Positions 26,742 to 37,813 of a DNA stretch of 64,000 nt are shown in pieces; positions within the stretch are counted from its first letter, which is position 1; every line of letters begins with the position of its first letter. The stretch lies in NCBI GenBank assembly GCA_025201805.1, contig MU619366.1, positions 12,006 to 76,005 on the forward strand, written 5' to 3'. A model generated the notes under the pieces. It ran no database searches, was not told the DNA's origin, and was given only the letters and a program-made list of their open reading frames with translations. Source of the DNA: Parasitella parasitica NRRL 2501 (Eukaryota > Fungi > Mucoromycota). Position numbers and translations under genes: made by a program.

Positions 26742-27968
26742 TCATCCATTATTCGCAAATGCGTTTTGATATCTTTCTTGTGCCAGTCGCCATTGCCTTT
26801 CTTTTCTAGTTTCGTTTTCCACTACTACGTTCATTGTTGGCTGAGATCCCAAGCCGCTCCTCGACGATTGACTTGCAGGCACAATGGGCTCTAGAATACC
26901 ATCTTGGCGTTTGCCAAGGCTTTTCCCTTCTTGCCAGCCTAACTTCTGGAGCATCTTGTTGCCAATGCCCTGTACAGGTGTATCTATTGTCACTGCTGTT
27001 GATGATGTATTCATGCGAGCTGTTTGGGTATCATGTCCTGCTGCATAGTGCTGTCTCCCGGGAATGAATTTTTCGCCTCTAGCTGTCTTTCTTCTGATAT
27101 GAGCACGGTCGACGTACTCTTGCGGGGAATTGTCGTCCGCAGAGGCATATAGCTTTTTCTGCGTTTTTATCCATTCTCTTCTACTAGCTTCCAAGTCTTC
27201 TTTCTTTTCGCTTGTCTGATGCTGCTCCTTTTCCTTTTTGCCAGAGGTTGTATCGACATATTCGCTGGCTACACAAAATTGACAAGGCCAGCCCATATCG
27301 TGTTGATGCACCTGCAAACTGGTCGATCCAATGCGAACCAAGTCCATGTGCCGTAGTTCATACGGTAAACTGCTTTGCTTGGGCTCTGATAGTCGCTTTT
27401 CGTTGACAAAGGTGCCATGCTGGGATCCGCTATCAATTATGTAGAATGCGTTTTCTTTTTTGTCTAGATACACCATGGCATGGTATTTACTGACAGCCAT
27501 TTCAGGTAATCGAAGCCGACTGTCCCAGGATCGATCACGTCCAATACTAACACCGTTTTCATCCAGCAGAATAACTTGACCGCTTTTGAAATGAGGCGAA
27601 GATTGGACAACAAACCGCATGGATTGTGTACCCTGTGGATGGCCAGCCCAGTAAGCATCGGTCAGCGGCACATAGGATTGGCTTGCCTCGTCATAAAATG
27701 AGTACTGCTTGGTGACAGTGTCAAACCAAGATTGCGTTTCAGAATCAAACATGTACCGACTATTGTAAACACTGTCATAATCACCACACACCCAGTTGCC
27801 ATCCACATTGTACATGACAAGACGTCTGCAATGAATGACGTAGACTCCAGCGGCTTCATCGAATATCCAGTCTTTGGCTTCTTGCTCTTGCTTGGATGAT
27901 GCGCTTTCGTTCATGTAATTGTCCAGTTCATCCCCAAAATCAAGTTCTTGGTTGTCTTTGTTGGGCAT
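26742..27968 (-). CDS. AGGF1-like protein (OCRE-like aromatic repeats + FHA + G-patch), intronless
   Basis: FHA motifs SIGRD...VSKYHA...DSGSQHGTFVN. G-patch IGNKMLQKLGWQEGKSLGK..GILEPI. YMFDSETQSWFD repeats; YVDRA. Confidence 0.88.
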   Translation of the reverse strand: MPNKDNQELDFGDELDNYMNESASSKQEQEAKDWIFDEAAGVYVIHCRRLVMYNVDGNWVCGDYDSVYNSRYMFDSETQSWFDTVTKQYSFYDEASQSYVPLTDAYWAGHPQGTQSMRFVVQSSPHFKSGQVILLDENGVSIGRDRSWDSRLRLPEMAVSKYHAMVYLDKKENAFYIIDSGSQHGTFVNEKRLSEPKQSSLPYELRHMDLVRIGSTSLQVHQHDMGWPCQFCVASEYVDTTSGKKEKEQHQTSEKKEDLEASRREWIKTQKKLYASADDNSPQEYVDRAHIRRKTARGEKFIPGRQHYAAGHDTQTARMNTSSTAVTIDTPVQGIGNKMLQKLGWQEGKSLGKRQDGILEPIVPASQSSRSGLGSQPTMNVVVENETRKERQWRLAQERYQNAFANNG

Positions 27969-28625
27969 GTTTGGATTNNNNNNNNNNNNNNNAAAAAAAA
28001 AAAGAAAGCAAGTCTCCTAAACATCAAATTTGAGAAATTTACAGTCGGATTCTAGTTTTGACAAAGATACACTTAAGAATTAAACCTGTAATTCAAGAGA
28101 TAGCATTATTTGCAACTAGCATCTCGATAACAGGCTCATTTCATCATCGAGTTCAATCTCTGCCGCTTCCGTGCATGTCGTGTGTAATGTGTGAATATCC
28201 CAAATTGTCCATTTCAGCTTTTAAGAATCCATTGGTTTTCAATCACGATTTCACTGAAATTGATGCCAAAAAAAGAAAAAGGGGATGCTTGTCTATTGCA
28301 GATATAGCAGCACGACAGACCTTTTATATTTGTAACTTTCAAAAGCATTTCATTCAGGTAGTAGCCTAGAAAATCTAGGAATGAAAATTCTTTATTACTA
28401 CATTTTCGACAGATCAAAAAGATAATATCATCAACGAAAAAGACTACCTATTTTTATTTGGTATTGAAAATGCCAAAAATGGTCAAACAAAATGTTGATT
28501 TGTTTTGATATTCGCATTAGTATTAGCCTACATATTTACTTTTTACTTGGTACTTGTTCTTTGACGCATCCAAACGCCGGTATTATTAATTAGTGTGTAC
28601 GGCTTTCTATTAACCTTCAGAGAAG

Positions 28626-29687
28626 CTATTGAGGAGGAGCTTTTTTTTCTTCCTGGGAAGCCCCATCATGCTTGCGAGTGTCTGAGGACGATGATACATT
28701 CTCTGTCAAAGCGCTCGATGTGGTGGACACTCGGTCAATTTGTGATTCCTCTGATTTCGAATGAGAGACAATCCTCTTTTGGTACCATTCAAAAATGTAA
28801 TAAAGTGCGAGGATTCCTACATCGAGGCAAGCAATGGCAATGTAATTTGCTAGATTCAAAGAATCGACTTGTTCCCCGTAGACTAAATAATGACTAATTT
28901 AGACAAATAAATTCTTGTACACCCCTACACATCTACTACATTTATAGTAAATCTGCATCTTTTTGTGTGTACCTAAACTAACTATGGAAAATACTGATCC
29001 TGAGAAATCCATTGCGAGAAACAAGTGTGAAATACCAATGACTCTCCTCTCACCTAGCTTTATGAATTTAATCGCCCAAAATAATTTTGTTTTACATTGA
29101 CACTTACGAAAAATTTCATAATACTGGGGCAAAAAGCCGCCAATGACAAAAATGACAGGAACAATGCCAAAGAAACGAATTCCACCTTGGTTGTTCATTT
29201 GCTGTGCTTTCTAGATACATAATTCAATCATTAGCGACGAGGCAAATGCATAAAATAATAATGCGTATTTACCTTGAATGCAAAGACGAATCCAGTCTCT
29301 AGACCACCAACACATAGGCAACTTGCAGCAAAACCACAAGCTGTCTTTAATTTAGACCATCCATGTTGATAATGAAACTCTTGAAAGACACAGATGCATG
29401 CTATAAATGTAAATATTTGAGGCTGGATCCATAGGCCTAAAGCTACCCCCAGGCCGATATTATAAACACCCATAAAAACACCAGCAAATGTCCAGATCAA
29501 CATTGTCCATACTGATACGCCGGTCGAAGTTCCCCGCTGATATGTTTTGTACGCTGATCATTTAAACATAAACATTTGTTGACACATGATTTAGATGATT
29601 TAGCGTACCTTGTGGTGCTAATTGAAGAGACCAGAATACAAGCCCAAAGTAGCCACATACTTGCTCGACCAAATACCGATTTGACAT
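28626..29687 (-). CDS. PQ-loop repeat membrane protein (putative vacuolar transporter), multi-exon
   Basis: FWSLQLAPQ (first PQ), LWIQPQIF, GFLPQYYEI (second PQ) and FLAMDFSGSVFS. Confidence 0.88.
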
Positions 29688-30081
29688 GTGTGAAAAGATT
29701 ACAATGAAGAGAAAAAAGTATTATAAATCGAAAGACAGAGAGAGAGAGAGAGAGGAACGAATGGGTTTGATTAGACTTCAAGTGCGTTTCTAATCTCAGT
29801 TCATCTCTAAACTCATCCAGATGTTGACCATCAAAAGACAATAGACATTTTATTAAAGTGCACTGCCTCAAAATATGCAGACAAGTGAAGCGTACATGCA
29901 TTTATGCTATTGTTAGCAATAGCCCCCATAAGATAAAACAGATTCTTAAGTTGCAACGCACTCCTTCACAATTAATGACAACCTTTTTTTTTTTTTTTTA
30001 CAGAAGTTGAGATTTTATTTAAAAATTTTACTCTCACGTACGAAGAACGAGTACAGAAAGAAAAACACAAGTCCAAAATAT

Positions 30082-31124
30082 TTAGTGATGCTTCTTGCTC
30101 TACAGAACAAAAACAGACGTAAGCAAAAACCAAAATAGCATAAACCGCATGTCAAATTTACCTTAATCTTACGGAGGTAGAACTCGAGTTCCTTACCTTC
30201 GAGGATGTAACCATCACAACGACCGGATTGACCAGGACGAGAAGCAATGACAGCATAAAGACGACCAGCATTGAATTGATCGTTCAAAAGAGGATCAATG
30301 GCAGAAGAGGCAGCACGAGCAGCAATCTTCTTTTCAACGCTCTTGGACTTCTTTTCAGCGGAAGTTTCCTAATCATTTAGGATTAATTTCCATGTCTCAT
30401 TTCCCTCTCTCAGTCAAAATGCATTCAATATACTTACAGCTTCAGCAGACTTCTTACCGAGGTTGATAGCGTAGTGAGATTCGTACCATTGACGGAAAGG
30501 AGTAGCATCAATTTGAATGACAGCACCCTTAACAAGAGTGTTGGTACGGACCAACTCGTTGTTGGAGGCGTTATAAACAACAGTCAAAGCACGAGTCTTG
30601 CGAGAGATACCCTCAGAGCCCCAAGAGAAGTTACCAGATTCGAGACGAAGGGCACGACGCTTGAAGTTACCACCACGGACACGGACAAGATGAATACGCT
30701 TACCACCCAACTTGGTGTTGGCAGATTGACGACCCAACTCGAACCTTTTGGGAAAAAAAAAAGAAAAAAAAGAAACGATTTCATTAATTACTTTGATACA
30801 AATAATAAGGTTCAAGTCCAAATCAATCTAATTCTCTGGATTTGTGCTTTATGCCATGTTTTTTTTTTAAAAAAAAAAGACTCCAAGTTGCATAGGTATT
30901 TCAGCATATTATACACACACAAGTCCATTAAATTGTTGATTTTCTTGGCCCTTGAGCATCTAGGTGATACTTACTTTCTCTTCTTTCTGTATTGATCACG
31001 TCTAGCACCGGTGGCGCTGCGCTTGTGGCGAGAATCGCGGCTGATACCTATTTATTCAAGATAGATTGATGAATACATGTTATCATGTAAGGGATGGATG
31101 GATGTATATAGATGCTTTACCCAT
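30082..31124 (-). CDS. RPS8: 40S ribosomal protein S8 (eS8), 5 exons
   Basis: [16 protein letters not shown]...[11 protein letters not shown]...[15 protein letters not shown]...[20 protein letters not shown]; strongly biased codons. Confidence 0.98.
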
Positions 31125-32257
31125 ATTGTTGTAGAGGAAGAACTCTTGGAAATCCTGATCAGATAGTACTATTTACACTATCGAAAAAAATGATAGTAGC
31201 TCCGCAAGGTGAGGTCACACTTGGTGGTCCGGCTGTCTTGCTTTTTTTGGCAAGATGGGAGGGCCTCTTGTCCGGCTGTTATTACGATGAGCTTGTGTAT
31301 CTTTCAATTATAAATCACAGATTCTTTGACTCGAAAAATTAAAATAATTAGAAAATCAAGTATAAAACAAGGCTAAAATCTATCAGCTGATTTTTAGGTA
31401 TTGCACCTGACAATTGATAAAAGCATTGTTGCAATAATCAAGAACAACCTACATATTTAAATGCCGAAATATACTCAGCATTTATGTTTCCTTTTTGGGA
31501 TTAAATAATCTATAAAAGGAAACTATGTCTATTACGGAGATTCCAAATCACTGTTTTTGTTTTCTACATATGCTTTTGTAGGCTTACTATGAATTGCACA
31601 AACAGAACTGCATACTTATCTCAGTGCCAAAATGTAAAGCATGTTATGCAAAAAATTTTACGCTAGCATTTGACGTTTGGATACGTTCCCAAGGCCTTGA
31701 TAAAGTATTGGTTGAAAGTTTTGAATGCTAGAAGGTTTACCACCAGCTTTAGATTAAATAGTTGTTCACCGGTATGAAGTATATTACAAACAGTTTCTGT
31801 AACTTATTTCGTTTAGAATATTTAACTAGGAAGAAGAAGCGGGTTTTGCTATAAAATTAAAGTGTTAATACGCAGTAATCACCTCAGTTTGATTTGACGA
31901 CAATAAAAACTACTATAAACCACCCTTTATATTCGTCACTTAATCATCTTTCTCGAGCCCTATCGAAAAATCTTGACATAAAATCAAGTTTAAGAAAAAG
32001 GAATTTAATCGATAAATCTAATATTCTTGTACTTTGTAAGGCAGAAGCTTGTAAGAAAGTTGGGATTATCCAAGATGTATATAAACGCCGAGACTTGATG
32101 GGATCGATGCAGTTTAAAAGGAAAGTGATGGGATTTAAGCAGCCAAAGTAATCATGTTTTTATATTGGGGGATGTTATAACCATTTTAACACTGTGATTT
32201 GATTAAACCGGCGAAATCCAAGTGTATCCAAGGTGGTTACATCAGTTTATCGTTAAG

Positions 32258-33995
32258 CTATTGAGAAACTGCAATTGCATGCATTCTAATTTTATTCGGT
32301 ATGTTAATAATATCTATCTCAGAATACGTTGTCTCTAGAGGCACGTTTTCTTTAATTTCTTCTAATAGAGTATGTGGGGAAGGACAATTAAAATGTTCGA
32401 GCAATTCCAAAATGTCAGGATACACTTTCCTCTCCAGACCACGAGCCCATAAAAAATCCATATGCTCCCAGCCATGGATACTCTTGACGTAGGGTAAGGG
32501 AGGCAAGTTACTTTTCAATATGTCAAAATCAACAAGGGTGTCAGCAGAGCCATAGAAGATGGCAATTGGAGTAGTTATCTGCTTGGTGGGAAACTTGGGA
32601 GGTAAATGGTCGATAACTGTATTTACCGTGCTCCAAGGTAGTATACTAGGCGTTTCGTCATACATTTGGAATCGTCCAGAGCTGATAATCTGAAACCAAT
32701 GCTATGCAATCAATAGTTTTCAGTTGCGCATAAGAATTTGCAAGATTGTATGTTCAGCCACTTACGACAATTGATTTGACACTGGTCATGCTGAATAAAT
32801 GTTGGTAACTAACTAGTTTCTGGTCTTCAGTCATGTTTTTGCAATGCCAGCCAAACAAAAAGTAAACAGCACCATCAATAAGTCTAACAAAAATAGGAGG
32901 GCTAATGATTCTTTGCCAAAACACAACTGATTTCAAAAAGATTTTACGACCAAGCAGACAATAAATTATCGAAGGAGCAGCTTTGACAAACCCGTCCAAG
33001 AGAGGATGCGAGAATCCCTTTGGAGAAGCAGCAGGCGCCATTGCTATAAATAAATTGACTTTTTCATTTAATTTAGGATTAATCGAAAGACCCCCAAATG
33101 CCTGAGCTGTGCCTTGAGAGAACCCAATGTAAGTTAAGTCGGGCGCACCTGTCTTTTGTAGGATGTACTGTCAAGATTGTATAAATAAAGTTTTAGGCTC
33201 CAACTGTGCATACATACTATGGGTAAAATGCTTACATCGATGGTATCTGGCATATCAAACATGGCAAACTCATTGATCGAAAATTCCCAGAAATCGTCAT
33301 TCTTCGGGTTTCTTGTCAAGTGGGATTGACTATATTTATTTCCACGAGCATTTCCCATCCATACATCGTAACCTCGTTCAGTCAAATACAGGGCCAAATT
33401 ACGCTTTTCTTCAATATTGGATATCCAAACCTCTGAAGTCAATGTCAGACCATGATATAGTAGTACGACAGGCTTTCCTTGGTAAGTGATGTTGGATCTT
33501 TTTTTGAATTTGTTGAGTTGGTTTGTAATAGTGGCTCCTTTTTCGTCAAATGCTGCATTATTCCTTTGCTGTTCTTGTGTTACACGTTTTTTTTGTTTAA
33601 TACGATGGAGGCATAATAAATATTGATCGCGAGTTCTGACAAAATGTTCTTCGTAGTCATAATTCCTACAAGAGTATTAATTCTCTGCTATGTGGGCGAA
33701 TCAACGTTCCATTTACCAATAGCTTATCATTTCCTCAAATGTACTTGCAAACTCCAGAGGACTGACTCGAGGGCTTTTTACTGAATCAGATAACCATGGG
33801 AAAACACTAAGAAGTCCAACGGTTAAGATGTGCTAATAATACAGAAGACCTACTATACAATTTTACAGCCGAGTCTGCAGAAACAATGATAGGCTTGGGC
33901 GTAAATGTAACTATAATCCTGACAACTGATTCAACGCAAAAAATGAATATGGTTACTAGCAAGCTCGGTATTGAAGTAAGCGGACGAACAAACAT
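32258..33995 (-). CDS. Lipase/sterol esterase (abhydro_lipase, Tgl1-like), multi-exon
   Basis: GYDVWMGNARGNKYS, nucleophile YIGFSQG, FYGSADTLVD and WEHMDFLWA. Confidence 0.9.
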
Positions 33996-34378
33996 AGTTG
34001 TGATAAGAAAAAAGAAAGAAGAAACTTTAACTCGCAAAAATTCACCTATTTTATACTGAAAAATGTTTGTTTCAAAAAAGTTGAAATAGTTTTGAATGCT
34101 TCAATCATCGTTATACAGAACTACAATGCAAAACAACAGAGATGATACTAAAAATTCATCTGATATTTGCAATCGTCTATTGTCGCTATCTTACTATATA
34201 GTCTTTCAATCAGATTTTTATCTCTTGTTTTCATCCTGGTCACGATCTTCGGTATCATTGACAGCAAAATACGTCCAATTTGGTTTTTATTGTGAAAATG
34301 GGAAATACTTCTTTGTTTGCGTTCAACTATAACGTTTATTACATATGCGTGGTATCATTTTGCACTTGATTTGGTGAT

Positions 34379-34971
34379 TTAAATATTTTTCTTGGCTTCG
34401 TTGTTGCCACTCAGACTTCTCTCCAATTTGTTATGCTCATCTGCTAATCTGTTGTATTCCAAAGATTGTTGAGCAGCCTGCTTCTTTAATGTCTCGAAAT
34501 CAACATTTTGACGTTTCAATTCTTTAATTTGAACATTCAATACATCAACCTTCTTTTTATAATCATCCTCCATATCAATCAAGCGTTGCTGACCCTTTGT
34601 AACTTCAGCAGTCTGTTTAGAGTGTTAAAATACAATTGTAACTAGCAAAATGAGTCTATTTACCTCGGTCTTTGCCTTCTTTAGCTCCTGCTCACGTTGC
34701 AATAATTCTAACACGAGCGCACTAGTTCTCTCCAAGATCCTAAACAAACATTTGATTATCTGATTAATCGTAATGATCCCAGAACAGTAGCATAACCCAC
34801 ACACACACAGACACTTACAACGATAAAAAGAGCGTGAAACCAGTAAGATAGAGATTTCTTTGAGCATAAAAACGTTTGGCTTTCATGCTAGTCTCGTAAC
34901 TGTAATCATGATGATGATTTTCTCCTTCTCCTTCAGATTCAATACGCTGAAGACGACTTATGGTATCTATT

Positions 34972-35011
<40 letters not shown>

Positions 35012-35480
35012 AAACTTATTAGATGGCAATGTCTTGAGGATACGCGTTTAACAAGTTACCAATAAAGAGAATAAAGATGAAACTAGCAGCAAGGTGAAAA
35101 CATGAGTAAAAATGGAATTTTCTCGGGCTAAACAAACACTTACCCGAAAACGATCTTGAGAGCGTACATTGCCTTCGCCATCTACATGTGAAAGGATTAG
35201 TTTTCCAGTGTTTCTTATTTCGGGAACCTTTCCTTACCAAGGGAGATGTAGACGCAAATGTGAGCATAGCATGACGCCAGCGAGAGGGTAAAGGAAGCTA
35301 ATTTAGAATAGGTTCAATATATGTTGTAGTTTTCACAAGTCAAGTTTTAACAATTTACAACTAAAAGGCCAAAAATGACCATCTTTTTAAAAAGTGTTAG
35401 CACAATCATCATACGTAATTAATCAATGATCATACCTCAGTGACCAAGATACCAAAGGTGAGTGCGTAATATATAGCCAT
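34379..35480 (-). CDS. BAP29/BAP31 (Yet-family) ER membrane protein, multi-exon
   Basis: MAIYYALTFGILVTE..., FYAQRNLYLTGF, coiled coil LKKQAAQQSLEYNRLADE and C-terminal KKxx (AKKNI). Confidence 0.9.
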
Positions 35481-35726
35481 TGCGACAAGTTTATTATTTT
35501 AAAAAAGGAAAAAGAAAAGGGAAGTGAGGAAGAGAAGAAGAGAAAAAATAGTTTTTAAAACATGATTTCTTGGCGTAAGGCCATAAACACACATGAAAGC
35601 TTGGAAAGCTTTTTACGCATTGTTGAAACTCAGAGGGAGGATGGCAAACAAGAATTGTGTCAAGATGAGATTCGCTTCGAAACCAGGTGTTGTATAACAA
35701 AACATTTATTTTAGAAAAAAAGAAAA

Positions 35727-36320
35727 TTATTCAATGCTGATTTGCTTAGTCTGAGTTTGTGTCGTCTTAGGAACAACGACTTTGAGAACACCATTATCAA
35801 AAGATGCTTTGATGTTTTCACTATTGATAGGTGTGGGAAAGACAAATGATCTTGAAAATGAACCAGAGACTCGTTCCTTGACCCACCATTGAGGACTATT
35901 TTCACCTGATTTAGCGAGTTGCGAAGAGGCCTTCGTTACAACCTGTTGACCTGGGTCTTCTTTGGCCGAGGTAGATTCTGCTGTTGCCTCTGCTTCGGCA
36001 TCTGCTTCGGCATTAGTAGTAGGCGGCTTGATCTCCTTTTGTTCATCCACGGAACCTGACAAGACAAGTGTTTGACTGTCAGCCAATTCAATCTTGATGT
36101 TATTCTTATCATAGCCAGGCAGTTCAGCATTCAGTTCATATGATTCCGGAGTTTCGACCATATCGGTAGCAGGGTAACGGAAGAGACCTCCAGCTCCATT
36201 GCTGGCAGTGCTTCTTGGTAATGAGCGACGAGCTGAATTGTACAACGGTTGGTCCAATGCTGCCATCACACGTTGCATATCATGAAAAGCGTCAGTAAAT
36301 AAGCGTTGAGTAAGTGACAT
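35727..36320 (-). CDS. Small heat-shock protein (HSP20/alpha-crystallin domain)
   Basis: PATDMVET...AELPG..K..I...LVLSG...ERVSGSFSRSFVFP...IKASFDNGVLKVVVPK. Confidence 0.95.
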   Translation of the reverse strand: MSLTQRLFTDAFHDMQRVMAALDQPLYNSARRSLPRSTASNGAGGLFRYPATDMVETPESYELNAELPGYDKNNIKIELADSQTLVLSGSVDEQKEIKPPTTNAEADAEAEATAESTSAKEDPGQQVVTKASSQLAKSGENSPQWWVKERVSGSFSRSFVFPTPINSENIKASFDNGVLKVVVPKTTQTQTKQISIE

Positions 36321-36402
36321 CTTGCTGTTTAATATGTATACAAGTTGGAAAGAAAAATAGAATTGATTGCTTCAAAAAAAAAAAATAAAAAAAAAACTCT
36401 TC

Positions 36403-36567
36403 TTTTATATATGTTTTTTAACGCAAGTTCTTCCTTTTTCGAGCTGCTTCTGGAACCATTATAGTATGTTTATCTGATGCATAAAAATTCCAGTAATTTC
36501 TTTAAAAGAGCAATGCCGTTGAAAATCCGTGCCAATCAATGGAACAGTGAAAAATCTGGAAGGTTCA
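36403..36567 (-). promoter_or_regulatory. HSP20 promoter: TATA box plus heat-shock elements
   Basis: TATAAAA on the minus strand at 36403-36409. TTC at 36428, 36438 and 36448 (10-bp step) followed by GAA at 36453. TTCnnGTAnnTTC at 36488-36500. GAAnnATCnnGAAnnTTC at 36549-36566. Confidence 0.7.
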
Positions 36568-37813
36568 CACCATCAATGGTTGATGGGAGACTACGCCACC
36601 AATACAGTCGTCTATAGTTTTATCTCCTATAATAGAGACAGCATCGATAAAGTATAATATCATTGATAGCAGGCATAAGTTACATGTAGCCCGAGTTATG
36701 ATACAGCTTTGAAATGTTGATGAGTATTCGACTGCACCATTTTTGATGTGGTGCATGATTTTTCAACTAACTTTGCCATCTTAAATTTTGCTCAGGAAAA
36801 GCTCACAGAAAGTTGATGATTTTTTTTTAATGACATTAGATAGTAATAAATATGAGACCTGGAACTGATTTGGTGCCGTTCAAAGCACTTGACTCGGCCA
36901 GGAAAAGTGTGTTAAAAGGGTGTAATGACTGGTACATGTCTTCCTTATCTCTCTCCTTCAAGCGACACTCAGGGCCTTTTGACTGATCTAATATTCTCTT
37001 GAAAACGCTCTTCTTACCTTATAGACCAAGTGGTCTGTAATAATTCTGAGTAGGCTTGAGGTAGTTGAATTCAATACTCTTGGATCAACTACTTGACCTG
37101 CTATAATTTTTTAGACTGAAAACACATCATTTCAGAGTTAATTTGGAAAATGAAATTATTAATCGAAAATACTACTCTATTATACTTAATTTTGATGCAG
37201 GATTACTATAGTTAGATACAAATATAGTATTTCAAGTCAAAATTTCCTATAATCATTGCATGTGGATATTAAATCTTTGGTTGGTAGCTAAAGAATATCC
37301 TGTGCAAATTTTACTCAATATTTGCCGTTTAAAGCCTCTTGGCATCTTTTCAGTAAAGCATTTCCTTTCATGATTTGTTGGACTATATACCGAGGCAATG
37401 TATTCTGGATCCCAAAGAGAATATGTTGTATACATCGTATGAAAGTCTAACTTGAATAGTATGAATTACTTTGATTGATCAAAAAGCACTCCAAGAAGCT
37501 CGTGCCTTTGACTCAAAAACGAAAAATATCCTTAAAAGGCCGCACAGACATCTTGATTAGTGCCGTGGTGAATAGGATGCATTTTACTGTATATTAGCAA
37601 TGCATCCTCAATATAATCGACTTACTGTTGGAGCAGTTGTTGATTTCTATCATGTTGAATTTGAGGGAATTTTGGTTGAAAATTCCATTTATTAACAAAT
37701 TTTGTTTGTGTTTCAATTTTATTCCCTTTTTGTTTCTGTAGCCCTTTTTTTTTTTTTGAACTGTATACAAGACGACATACTTCCAAATAAACCAGCTGTA
37801 GGAAAAAAAGAAC

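Noticed and set aside
30746-30972. snoRNA in the long RPS8 intron
   Set aside because: No convincing C/D (RUGAUGA...CUGA) or H/ACA structure seen.
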